From the human T2T-CHM13v2.0 reference genome, Homo sapiens: 64,000 nt of DNA. Below the pieces are notes generated by a model. That model was not told where the DNA came from, did not search any database, and worked only from the letters and a program-made list of their open reading frames with translations. Positions 41,137 through 54,479 of the stretch are shown here, one piece after another (within the stretch, counting starts at the first letter, position 1; each line of letters opens with the position of its first letter). The stretch lies in NCBI RefSeq assembly GCF_009914755.1, contig NC_060932.1. One strand, 5' to 3'. The position numbers and the translations under genes are program-made.

Positions 41137-44100
41137 TAAGACCTAAAGCTATAAGAGACACTTTAAACATCAAATGGACAATTTTAAAACCTCTACAGAG
41201 AGAAGTGAGTTGATATAACCACTTTTTTGGTGGCTGCAGGTGGAGGCAGGGGAATGAACTGTCCTCTTTTATGACTGTTCTCCCATTTCACCTGTTATTT
41301 AATTATATTTTCAAGAAGTTTTGCTTTCACAAAACTATATGAAATATTTAAAGCTTAAAAAAATAAATCATGAAGAGGACCGTTGGTAAGGTGCTTAGAG
41401 GAAACAGCTTATTTTGTGAAGATGGCATTCTTTATTATTTATACACTTCAAAACCTGAAATCAGGATTCACCTGGAGACTTAAGGGGAAGGTGGGGTGGT
41501 ACTAATATTTAGTGTCTTGGGAATTTTTATTTTCAGTAAGTTCAAAAAGCAACTAGAAAACTGAGTTGAGTGACTGATCCAGGTCTACAAACTTTAAAGT
41601 TTCAGCAGAGAAAATGAAGTGATTGCACGTTCCTTTTCTCAGCACCTAATCTAATCACATTTCTTCATGGGTTGTTTGAACAAAGCGGCTCCATCCTGCT
41701 GCCGGAGTGTTACCGCATTCTTGGCATTTGGACAGTGAAGAGGAACAATGGCCTATCTAATAGAAAGGTTGAGTCCAAAGCTGACCCCATCGCAGTGTGC
41801 CAATTTAATAGACAAGAACAAGGATGTAGAAGATGAACTAATAAAAACAAACCAGAAGATATTGATTGGAACCCAGAAGCATGGTGTTTAATTTAAAAGA
41901 CAGCTCTTCAGAAAGTCCTTTCTTCTGTTGTCAAACAGACATGGGAACTTGCCTAGACTTCCAAGCATTCAATTAGAACGGAGGCAAAGGACTGATAGTC
42001 TTGGCTTTCAAACAAACGCTAGGGCACTGGGTAGATGCAGAGTTGGATTTCACGATTCTTTCAGGTTTTTAGTTTTAATTGCTACTGTCTAAAAAAAAGC
42101 AGATATGCTTTCTTTTGATATATTTAACTGCTGTCCTCTTTTACATCATAGAAAAAAAATAGGTCTAGATCTAAGTCTAACTAATAGCTTTTAATTTACC
42201 ATGAAACAATTCTACGGGGCTGATGTCTTTCACTTTTTAAAGCAGAGTGGCTTATTCGTGAAATTTGTTTTCTAAAGTTAATATACTATGTGGAATACGA
42301 ATGAAACTGCAGATTGCAGTTGATTGATTCTGCCTGAAAGCATTAAATTTAAGAGACTTCCGTGTGTAAAGGTTTATTCCTTTTTTTGTTGTGTTGACTA
42401 GGTCTCAAAAGATAATTGAATTAAGTCATACCTTTGGCCAATAGTAGGGAATACAAAATAAAAATATAGTTTTCAATTGTGCATAGGTGAGCTAAAGTAT
42501 AAAACTCCTATATATTCAGTGATACAGAGAGGACATGTTAAGGTCAAATAAGTATCATTATAGTAAGATTTAAGCAAACTTCTCCTGGGCAAGACAAGTA
42601 ATGTCAAGAGTGGAAAATTACAAACCTTAAGCATGTGATTGCTCTTTATGGTGATGGGGTATTGATAGATGGTGGTGTTCAGGTATGTGTTTACCATTTT
42701 ACTTCTGTGTCCTCACACCCATGAGTATCTGAATGTATCAGGTAAATTCCTGCTGCTTTGTAGGTAGAGTGAACGTAAATATCATGAGCTACCCTAGGTC
42801 TGTGAATCATTATAGTCATAACTGACTTTGCCTCAGATATACAGACACATCCCTTGTCTAAATGAATCCATCCACTGAAGTCATCCTGAAAGACAAGTTC
42901 CTTTATAAAATGGCATTGCTCAAAAAATATAAAGCTGCAAGGCATCCATTTTAATTCCTATAAATATTGCTTAAATAGAAAACATTTGTGCCACAAATTT
43001 GAAATTCTAGAATAAACTTCACACATATCTGTCATCACATGTAACTTTGAAGTCCTGTCAGCACAGGTATCTAATTTATATGAAGCACCCTGGAGTCAAT
43101 GTCTCTTTGTACTGTTATTTGTCAAATGATTCAAGCACTGCTTTAAAGTATATGTGAGGTTACTAGTCAATCTTAACGCTCTAAATCTGCATGCTATGCT
43201 ACGCACATTTTTTTCCTCTAAGCACATGAAATTCTAAATTATATTTGCCTTTGATATTTTTATTTTTCTTTCTTTAAGGAATATCACGGGAAAGCATGAA
43301 GCTGTTATAAAGTTAATATCTGCTATTCTGGTAAGGAGTAAAGTCCTGGCAAGAATTAGTTTGTCTATGTGCCTATGTGTATGTTTGTGACTCTAGGGTG
43401 TGTAAGTGGTAAATGGGCTCTTCTAAGAGACACAGAAATGTGATTGGATAGTGAGGACAGTTCTAATCAAATGAAATATTCTCTAATTTACCATTTATTG
43501 ATTACCAATATTCACCCTATTGTACATCTGCATCAGGTTAAAGGTCAACATTGTTTGCTATGGGCAATCTCATAGTTTGTGGGTGTTTCTTTCATTCTAA
43601 GTATTATGTTCCAACCTTTTACAATAATCTGCTTGTAATTTTATTATTTTATTAAGATCATCTGAAAGTATATGACATAGACTTCTAATTAAGTAGGGGT
43701 GTCTGAGATAATTGGAAAATATAGATCAATCGAGAACATTATAAAGAATAAATGCAATACTATGTGCATATATTTGAGACAGAGAAAGAAATGAAAAGAG
43801 AGAGCCAGTGTGAAACATATATATGTATATCTATACATACAGTCACATAAGTCACATGTACACATCACACACACATAGACACATTTTACACACACATGGG
43901 ATGGGGAAGGAGAAGCAATAGGAGGAAGAAGGGAGAGAGAGAGAAAGATAAAGGGAGAGAGAATAGATAACTGCCTTAAGGCACTGAATTAAAAAGCAGA
44001 AAAACTTAGATTTTTCAGGAAGCACTTTCTTGCCAATTTGGGCTAAGGAAGCACTTAGTCCAAGCAACATTTCAAGGATGGCATCGGGGCTACTAAGCAA

Positions 44101-44847
44101 AAGCAGAAAATGAATGTGACCATCTGCCTTTACTTCGCTGGAACAATTATGAGACAGGCAAAGGTAATACAAATATCAGAAGAAGTGAAAATTCCATGAG
44201 ATCGTAAAAGCTGCCAAGAACTCTAGAATCTCCCTTTACTTATGATTGTAAAGTACCCAATGAGAATATCGGAATATGGATTAAATAAATTTTTGATAAG
44301 TGTGTAATGTCCTAGAATTTATCTCAGGATTATGTTGGTCTCAAGAGTGATGACCAGTAAGCATTACCAGGGTTCAAAGATTATTAATGTTGCCCAGTTC
44401 CCCTGAAGGCATTTCTACCCTAAGGAACCTCACTTACTCACCAACAAGCAATTCAAATGTTAGTGCTCAGGGCCCTACAACTAATGTCCTTTCTGATTTG
44501 TCTGTGTTCTATGACAAACAGAACTCTCTTTCTCTCTCTTTGTCCCTGCTCTCCTAACTCAGGACTCAAGAAGGTCAATCTGTACCCTCCGTACGTGCCT
44601 CCTTTCCTAGCCTTCCCAAGAAGTCTTAAGAAAAATGGACATCAACCAGGTGAGTATTCATGGGGACCATCCTAAACACTCACCCAATGGTGGAGGCTCC
44701 ACCCTCTCAGCAGAACTTGCTCCCAAGGGACAGGAGGGACAGGCGTAGGGGTAAGGGTGGTAGGATTTGATTCAGGCCAGGGGATACCCAGTGAGGGTTC
44801 CCATTCAATAATCCCTGTTGAATTTCATCACCATTTAATAACACATC

Positions 44848-45142
44848 TTTTTATTTTATTTTACTTTCGAGAGAGGGTCTGGCTCTGTCACTTGTGCTAG
44901 ACTGCACTGGCATGATCTTGGCTCATTGCAGCCTTGACCTCCTGGGCTCAAGCCATCCTCCCACATCAGCCTCCTGAGTAGCTGGGACTATGGACACACA
45001 CCTTCATGCCTGGTTAATTTTCAAAAATTTTGGTAGACACAAGGTCTCACTATATTGCCCAGGCTGGACTTGAACCAAGCGATTCTCTCACCTCTGTCTC
45101 CCAAAGTGCTGGGATTATAGGCATGAGCCACTATGTCCAGCC
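44848..45142 (-). mobile_element. AluJ-type SINE
   Basis: gcagccttgacctcctgggctcaagccatcctcccac. Confidence 0.88.
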
Positions 45143-45149
45143 AATACAC

Positions 45150-45426
45150 TTTTTTTAACTTTTAAGTTCAGGAGTACATGTGAAGGTTTGTTACAGAGGT
45201 AAACTTGTGTCGTGGGGGTTTATTGTACAGATTATTTTGTCACCCAGGTATTAAACCTAATACTTATTCGTTATTTTTCCTAATACTCTCCCTCCTCCCA
45301 ACTTCCGCCCGCTTACAGGCTCCAGTGTGTGTTGTTCCCCTCTATGTGTCCATGTGTTCTCATCATTTATAGCTCCCACTTATAAATGAGAACATGTGGT
45401 GTTTGGCTTTCTATTCCTGCATTAGT
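45150..45426 (-). mobile_element. Older L1PA 3'UTR-only insertion
   Basis: ttttaagttcaggagtacatgtgaaggtttgttac...gctcccacttataaatgagaacatgtgg; flanked by AATACAC repeats. Confidence 0.85.
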
Positions 45427-45499
45427 TTAATACACCTTTCTTGAAATCAACACAGGCCCTCCTGTCTCTGACATTTGCAGTATCAATATTATCATCATT

Positions 45500-45730
45500 A
45501 ATAAATATAAAGAGCCAACACAACCTCTTCATTATGTACTGAGCACATTCTCATCACACAACTACACACACATGCATTTAATTTGACCACTAAAGTTATT
45601 ATCATTTCAATCATTCAGATGAGGGAAAATCAGAGGCATCTAGAGTTGAATATATGGAGAGGCAGAGGCAGGATTCAACCCAAACAACCCAAGAACAGAG
45701 TTGATGTTCTTCAATTGCCATGCTAACTGC
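45500..45730 (-). mobile_element. MIR fragment
   Basis: ttcagatgagggaaaatcagaggc ... ggcagaggcaggattcaaccca. Confidence 0.6.
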
Positions 45731-46559
45731 CCTCACCTGACCCACAGGACTGTTTGACCCAAATTAATATGGATAGATACGCATGAGCTGTTTCCAAACT
45801 CAAGTTTGGGAAACATGAAGTCAAATATACTTTATTATTTTCTTCTTGTTTTTTAAAATGTAGACCTCCTTGGGTACTTTCAAGGGATTGTTAAATGTGT
45901 TATCAAAATAAAATTTGTCATGGTTGTGAATCAAGTAATTCAGAAGAGATTGTGCTTAAAATTGTCATCAAATTATTCCCCAATCCTGGTCCCACTTTTA
46001 CCTTTTTTAAAATTTTAATTTCAGCTGGTGGTTGACTTTAATGACCCCAATATTATAATAATGACTTTTAAATAATATGTGTATAGCATTAGTTTTTTAT
46101 TTACATACTTTTGAGGATAATTATGAAAGCCATATAAAATTAATTTAGTTTACTTTTATTATAACTTCCCCCTTACTTAATTCTAAAGTTAAAATTTCCA
46201 TTTTAGTTCCTTCGCACGTCTTTTATTTTAAAATAATACTCCCAAATTATTATTTGTTAGTCCCCTTTACTCAGAATTTGCATTTCATCTCCACCCCGCC
46301 CAGCCACATCATTTTCTTCCCCCTGCCTCCACCTGAGAGATGGCTTTACTTTTATGTCATTGAGGCTGCTAATATTTGCATTCTTTTCTACAACCACAAC
46401 CAGTGCCTTCCATTTGAAGGCTACTTGAAGAACAAACGTTGTGATTATGTAAGACTCTACTTTAGGCATAGGAATCATCCATCTTATTAAGAAGCTCCTT
46501 GTGCAGTTGTATATTCTTTAAAGAAGTAAACAATTTTTCAAGACCTCCATCTACAGTAC

Positions 46560-46682
46560 CTGTAACTTTCAGCTTTTCAGCCCCAATGGTAATCTCATCT
46601 TCATCTGCAGAAAACAGCACCCTGCCATCTTCACTGGCTCTCACTTCAAATCTTTTACACTGAGCTTCCACAGCATCAGCTC
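46560..46682 (-). CDS. SGCZ: Internal coding exon of zeta-sarcoglycan (probably exon 5), part of the extracellular domain
   Basis: Minus strand reads (G)ADAVEAQCKRFEVRASEDGRVLFSADEDEITIGAEKLKVT(G), matching zeta-sarcoglycan as I recall it. Acceptor tttcctctgaccatAG (AG at 46684-46683), donor ACAG|GTACTG (GT at 46559-46558). 123 bp, phase 1 at both ends. Confidence 0.95.
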
Positions 46683-49600
46683 CTATGGTCAGAGGAAAGG
46701 TTTAAAAATGAAACTGGTATGCAGGAAACCATTAACATGTATTTTTTGGAAATAGACTAGAAATGCATATATTATTTAATTTGTTTATCTCTGCTGTATG
46801 TTTTGCATCTGAGTTAGTATCTTTAAATTGTCACCATTTTCAGGAGGCTAATTTGGGAATGTACTTCTGTGCTAGGCTGGTTAGGCATACAGGTGACCTC
46901 TGGATGTCTGACATAGCATGTGAGTTTAGCCAGTTAAGAGCCCTTCACATATCCACAAAAAGAGACAATGTTTGCTTTGTTCTCTGTTGCAGGCTGAAAC
47001 CTTGGCATCATACCTGGCACCTGCTGGATGCTTAATAAGTACTTGTGGACTGAGTGACTCTCATGCCTTACCTCTGCAGTGTAGACAATAGTACCCATGC
47101 TTGCTACATCACGGAGGACTTGTTAAGCATTATTCAATTATGAATCTTTAGCTAGTCTACATGTCATAGATTCTAATATTGATGTTTTCTACCCTTTAAT
47201 ATAAGTGAATTTTAATCCATTTTATAGTACATCTTGAAATTATATATATAATTTCCTTAGTGGTACCTAATGTATCTTCCAATCAATAATTTTCCTGATT
47301 TATTGAAAAACGGTATTAAATAAATGTAATTACAAAACCAACTTACTGGCCAATTCTACACACTGATCTATACACAAAACTCAAAGCCAGCTTCCATATT
47401 TAGAAAACACAATTAGTTTGAGTATTAGGCTTTGGCAAGAAAATCTAACTGGGCCTTGAAGGTGAATGTTAACTGAGGAGGAAGAAATTTGAGATAATGG
47501 CCAGCAGTAATTCATCTTCCCATAATTCATATTATGTCCAAATTTCTTTGGACATAACACTTTTGGCATATGGATCTATAGTTCCCGCTCCTATTAAGAT
47601 AGGAAACCTTCCTCCTCTTCTATTTATATTAAAAGCTCTTATCAGATAGAACCCAGCTGAGTCAGGGAAGTAGGAATCACACATGTGGGGCATAGTTCTT
47701 TTCATTTGTCTTTATGTATTCACTTTATTTATTAGATATATGACACCCAGGAGCTCAAAGCAGGACATCATCTTTGTATTCCAAAACATCCTTAAATTGG
47801 GAGATGTGTCGCTTCTAGTAGCACCAGTAGATGAATATTAAATAGATGAATGAATACTTAAGCTTTCATCCATTCATTGGTCCCTAACCCCACCTCAGCA
47901 CTACTCCCAGTGCTAGCCAATAGGCTGCAAAAACTTACTCCTCCCCATCATCATAGCTGCTGAGGAGCATTCATCAAGAGAAAAAATAATTTAAAACCCT
48001 AATAACATGTAAGCTAATTTCTCCAAAAGCCATATGTATTTTTTTTAATATTCTGAAACTACATACATGCTTCCAGGACCACATAAAAATTTGAAAAGCT
48101 TCAACTAGGGCTATGCTAAGTAAGATTAAAACTAATGTCAAACTTTTGGGCTGTCAAGTTTAAAATAACAGATTTTTAAAAATAGAATTCATGCTTTTTA
48201 AAAATTTTTAAATAAATACCTTTCCTTATATAATTTAATGAAAATATGGAAACCATTGAAGACCTATTGTCCTTGGTCATAGTTGTTGCATTTGATCTTG
48301 AAAACATTATTTCGACAGCTTGTATTCATTTGAGTGTGATTTGTTCTAATCATAGTCTAATCTTATTTTGTGCCATAGACGACAATGAGCCATAGTAATC
48401 CAACTATTGGGTGATGTTCAAAAAACTGTGCCAGAGGCCAATGTGTTAATACATGTGACTTACTCTGAGGGACCCAGGCACACATTAACCCTGAACTGCC
48501 TGAAAGGTATTATAGATATCTTACACATAAAACCTCAATATTTACAGTACATTGCTTCCTTCAAATATACTCAGTTGCTGAGCATAATTGATTCTCAAAA
48601 TATATCGCTGACTTTAATGGCATAGATGTACATTAGACAACATTAAACACACACACCCACACACACATAATACCAAGACTTTTCTTGGCATAACACTTAA
48701 TGTCATTATATGAAAGATACATTATTAACATAAACATGCTATATTGCATGACATATAAACTGTTAGAAAAATAAGTGGAGAGGTGTCTGGATATGGTGAA
48801 GTGAGGTGAAACCTTAATTCATTAAATGTAAATAAGCAAAGGCAAATAAGCAAACAAGAAAATATTTACGCACATAGATGAGATGCATCTAAGCCGTAAA
48901 TAAATGCATGCAGAGTCATCTAATTGAAAAAGAGATATAAAAATTCATACTGCAGACTACACTTTATTCATCATATTAGCATAATTACAGAAGGCAAAAT
49001 TACAAGCAATTAGCAATGCATTGATAGTACATAAATATTCTAAATCAGAAAATAATTTTGAATATATTGCATTTATACATTGCTTTTCTTTCCTGCAAAT
49101 GGAAAATGATATGTTCTTGGGGATATAGTCAATTATTAGGGATATTTATGCTTAAAGTTAATATATTAGGCTTTATGAAACTGATTTTATTATATTCTAA
49201 GATGCACTGTGTTACTTATCTGTTTTTCATGTAACATCACATGTTCTCTAAGATAGGTCAAGGCAGGATTCAGTTACTTAGAGAAGCAACAATGCCCCAT
49301 TCAATCTTAATCCACCAATGATGCTGCCAGTGTTGCAGGAAAGCAATGTGTCTAGATGACTCTGGGTAAGGAGCTCTGATTCCTTAACAAGTAGATCATA
49401 GGTGATGGGATTATCTGGGTAGTGCTATATTTTCTTAGTCATCTTAAACACCAACTTGCTAACTAAAGTACCAAGACTAAACACTTCCTTAGGAACATCT
49501 CTGAGAAAGTTTATGTCAATAAACTCACAATCAACAAAGAGAAGTCAAGGATAGAAGAAGGAAAGAGAATTGGCAAGAAAAAAAAAGATGTAAGCAAAAT

Positions 49601-50326
49601 AATAGGTTCCATAAAAAGACTGGAGTATTAGATATATGTGCAAATATTTTCTCTACTTTTTTAAATGTTCTATATACATTCTTAAAAGAACAAACCACCA
49701 CCATCACCAAGGACAAGCATAAAGCCAATTTCTTGCTTCTCTCAGAGATGGCTCCATCACTTTTTTTGAACATTCACATCTGTTGCAGTCTTAATCAACA
49801 GCCAAAGTCATCTTTGGCTGACAAAGAGAGATAATTCAGTAATTTAAATACTGGTCTTTGTATGTTCTACAGTACATCGGTCAAATACATGAATTGGAAA
49901 TTTTTCTTCTATTACATAAAAATCTTCAAAGAGGCTCAAATATATATTTTCAAGATTCCTCTTGGTACTATTTAGCAGTAATTCAAGGAAAACAAAACAA
50001 AGATAAAAATGGATATAGCTGCTTGTTTCTAGTGTGTCTTCCTCAAACTTGTCATGATCATCCTTTCTTTTCTATATAACTCTTCACTTTAATCTTAGAT
50101 GCCTGTCAGTATTTTCAAGGCCTTGAAGAATAGTATTACTAAAAGATTCAAAATTTCCACAAGGAAAACAAAAATGAGATTCAAAATTACCAACTAAATT
50201 CTATATTCAGAAATTCCTGGTTTAGAATTGCTGTGGGCCAAATCAGTCAACCAACCAACAACAAACTAAGTTTAAAACAAAACAAAATAAGCTGCTTTCA
50301 TGAAATATAAATATAAATATACACTG

Positions 50327-50691
50327 TAATATGGTTTGGTTGTCTCCCCACCCAAATTTCATATTGAATTGTAGCTCCCACAATTCCCACATATCATGGG
50401 AGGGACCCAGTGGGAGGTAATTGGATCATGGGGGCAGGTCTTTCCTGTGCTGTTCTCATGAGTGTGAATAAGTCTCATGAGATCTGATGGTTTTATAAAG
50501 GGGAGTTTCCCTGCACAAGCTCTTATCTTCCCGGCTGCCACGTAAGATGTGACTTGCTCCTCCTTGCCTGCAGCCATGACTGTGAGGCCTCCCCAGCCAC
50601 GTGGAACTGTGAGTCCATAAACCGCTTTTTCTTTATAAATTAGGCAGTCTCAGGTATGTCTTTACTAGCAGTGTGAAAACGGACTAATACG
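50327..50691 (+). mobile_element. THE1 (THE1B/C-like) solo LTR
   Basis: taatatggtttggttgtctccccacccaaat ... gtgaaaacggactaatacg; 5-bp TSD CA(C/T)TG. Confidence 0.92.
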
Positions 50692-50844
50692 CATTGTGAG
50701 TTCTTTTATTTTACCCTATGCTAGTCATTAAGAACTCATTGTGCAACATTTGCAGAAAATCTGTTATATGAGATCCCTGGAAAAGGAATTGCCTACTTTT
50801 TCTTTACTTTGTCCCTAGATTTTCCAAACAAAACTTCAAGTTAA

Positions 50845-51070
50845 CCATTTAGCGGACTTACTATATGCTAGGCAGCAATGGAAGCATTTTACAAATATAA
50901 ATTAATTAATTTAATCCTCATAACAATCATGGGAGGTGATCCCTATTTGACCGATGAGGAAACCAAGGCACTAAGATTTAAGAAATGTTCCTAATATGTT
51001 ATACGTAATGCACTCTAGAGTTAGGATTCAAGCCAAGGCTGTTTGAGTACTAAGTCCTAAGTGCTAAGTT
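50845..51070 (-). mobile_element. MIR
   Basis: atttaatcctcataacaa ... gatgaggaaaccaaggca ... ggattcaagcca. Confidence 0.7.
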
Positions 51071-54000
51071 CTAAGAGCTAAGGGAGTCTTTGTGTGGCTC
51101 TATTATATTCCTAACTTTTATACCTCCTGGAGAAGGTACAACTTGACATTCCACAAGATTAATATTTGGGGGAACTTTTTTGCTAATGATGTATAACAAA
51201 ATTAAAAATAAATTTCTGAAGAATGTATGTTGACTCTTCCTTCCTCTGCCAGCTACTGTCTCCCCCTGCTCCCAGTACCCCATCCTCCTAAGACCCTTGG
51301 CTGACAACCTTCTTGAAAGCATCTTATTGAACACCATTTTCAATTCCTCCATTCGTAGTCTCCTTAAAGCCAACTCCAATCAGGCATTATCTCGTCAGTA
51401 TTACCAGTAACTTCCAAGTCAGTAAATTAAGGGGCCAATCCTTGATTTTTTACCTTACTTGATCTTTTAGGAGAATCTGACACACTTTCATTTACTTTTC
51501 CTGGAAATCTTTGCCTCACTGGCTCCCAGGACATCCCTCTGCTGCTTCCTACCTCCTTTGTCACCCATGTCCATCTCCTTTACCAACAACACACTTCCTG
51601 TAGCCAGTCCACAGGGGTATGTGGGGCTGGCTATCTTTCGCTAGTAATTGTCCAGTTCTGTTATGAGCATTATTTTCTCTGACCAAAGCAATTGATTCAA
51701 GCATAAGCAGTTGACTCCAACACTCTCTTGATACAAGTTTTGAAAAAGAGGCATATTTTTGTAAGACTATAGGTACCGAGCATGATATAAACTTGGAGCT
51801 TTTAAGGCTAGCTGTACCTCCATATGGATGCAGTCTGCTTGAGAATTCATCCAGTTAGTGAAAAAAGAAAGAACGGGCTGAAAGGCAGAGACCAGCATAG
51901 AAAGACACTCTTGGAGAAATTGCTGAAACAGCTGGATGGAGTCAGAAACAAACTTTCCTATTACTTGAATCAGTAAGTTAAACACCCCAGGAATACTTGA
52001 ATACTTTGTAAATTTTAAATTGGGTTCTTTCACTTGATTTTTTTTTTTTATTTTTCCTTTATTCTTTGAGTTTTCATATATTATTCTCTGTATCTCTCAT
52101 CTTAACCTTTATTAAATAGAAGTTTTAGAAATCTTCCACTTTCAACAATCACTGCATCTCCCCCCGCACCGAATCCACACGTACAAATCCTCAGTATTTA
52201 ATTAAAAGAAAAAATATGCTCTAGCATTTCCTGAAGTAATGCTGTGAGGAAAGGTACAAAAACATTCTGAGGTGAATTTTCTCATAGCCTTTGTATTAGG
52301 TAAACTACATTTCTATTTAGACAATTTCAAACCTGATCTTAATGGCATAAATATTATATTTCTAACACTTGTATTCTTAGATCTTTTTATTCCTAAAACA
52401 ATAATATTAATAAAGGAATTGTGTGACTACCTAGCAAGCCATTTAATAAACTAACACCAGGAATGTGATATTCATTCCTGGGCCTGGCCTCTATGAATTT
52501 TAAGAGGATAAGGTAAAAATGATCTCTCTATCCACTTCTATTGACTACATTGTCTAAGAGAAGTGAATGCAGATGGCCTCAACCCACTGTTTTATTTAAG
52601 GGTCCCAATGGAACAACATATGTACAAAATATTGTTTTTACATTGTATACAAACATAAAATGGCAATATTTCCAAACTGTAGCTAGAACAAAGTTGACGG
52701 GTGAGACGTTATTTTGTAAATATTTTTTACACCTCATAGTCATTCAAATAGGTACACGTCCTTTTTGACTCGTTAAGAAAAAAATAGAAACAAAAAATGG
52801 CATGTCACATGCAATGAACAAATACTATGAGAATTATTATGCAAGTGTAGAATCAATGAATACTTAAGGAATGAAAGGAGATTGTGATTAACTGCATTTC
52901 AGGTCATTACTTTTGAAGAAAAAAAGGATAATAATCCTAGTGTCTTCTGGTAATCTCACATTCGCTAAATTCATTTTGGCAGTTGTTAATGTCAAAAATG
53001 TTACTGTATAATTTATGGAAGGTATGTGGGTAGAAGGTGGAAGTTGCAAACCCATTTCTTGAAAATATTTTACTAAAATGTTTTGCATTGCATCTTGTTA
53101 CTTTTTATTTCTAGTATGTGTTTCATTAAAAAAAAAAAAAAACTAACACCTCAGAATTTTTTTCTTTTTCTCATTTATCATCCCTGGTCTTCGGCTACAT
53201 TTTGACACATGTATCAGGGTAGTTTTGCATAAGTTGTTCATACTTCATTTTTCTTTCTACCATGCATTTTCTGATATTTTGTTTCAAATAACATCTTAAA
53301 AAGAGATCTTCATGTTGCACTTTAAACACAATTATGAAGAGTTGGTGCAAAGTTTTCTAATTTATTTTTATGCATCTTTCCTCTAAACTATATGTAACAT
53401 AACTTGTTTAGTTGCAGAAGTAAAATCTGCAGATGTATTCAACTGGTAGTATAATCTCCTAGTACCAATTCAGTACAAGTTCCACATGAAATTTCAAATT
53501 TTTTCTCTATTTTAAAAATATTCTATTTTGAATATTTATCACTTAAATATCATACTGAAAGGCATTTTAAAAGTACATATATTTACATTTTCTAACATAA
53601 AAAATCGTATACAGAAACCATTTTAAATGGAGAATGTATTATCTCATTAAAATGTTATCAAAGAGTTTCTATCTTTTCTTGAGTACCTCCTAATATATTT
53701 ATTTATCCTACCACTTATGCCTTTTAATAAGGATATCTAAGCTATGCTTGACATTTAGTTTTTATATAAAAATTATTCTATGTTTCATCTTGATAACAGT
53801 AAGATTTCTTGTTTCTGAAATTCATTTAGTGGAAACATGCTTTTAGTGTCATAAATCAGTGAATTAAATGCTGAACAAGAATAAATGTCAAAATTAACAA
53901 TTTAAAAAATCCTATTATATAACTGTTTCATTACAATATCTTAGGCAACTGCGTTACTATTTTTTTTATAGCTAGTGTATATGGAATGCTTAGAATTGCT

Positions 54001-54479
54001 TGCTTTGAAGAGTATTATTTGTGGTTCCCAAAGAAGTATCACAGAAAGTTTGGTTTCTGAAAAAGATGACCAGATAAGGTATTTGCATTAAAGCTCTTAT
54101 ATAACAAATGATGACCTAGTGTTTTATGCAAGAGAATAATCTTCCAAATTCCACACAACAAAGACTTATTTTTTGTTCATGCCCATTTCCAGCATGGGTC
54201 AGCAAACATGCTTTAATTACTGTAATCACCTACAAATTCAAATGATGAAGGCTTCATCTCAACACAGTCTTTCAAGATTGTGGCAACAAGAGAAAGGGAT
54301 ATGGCCAACTCAGCACTGCCTCACCTTTCATTTGGAAGGAACACATCACATTTTATTTCATTAGCAAATGAAAATTACATTGCCTGGTCTGTTTTTAGAC
54401 ATGCAGGAATGAATAATCCCACTGCTAAACTGAAAGGATTATTGGTTAACAGCACGAACGGCGCCATGCCTCTCAAAGG

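Noticed and set aside
46462-46671. 69-aa ORF as a standalone gene
   Set aside because: It is the SGCZ exon read from an internal GTG and through the donor into intron.
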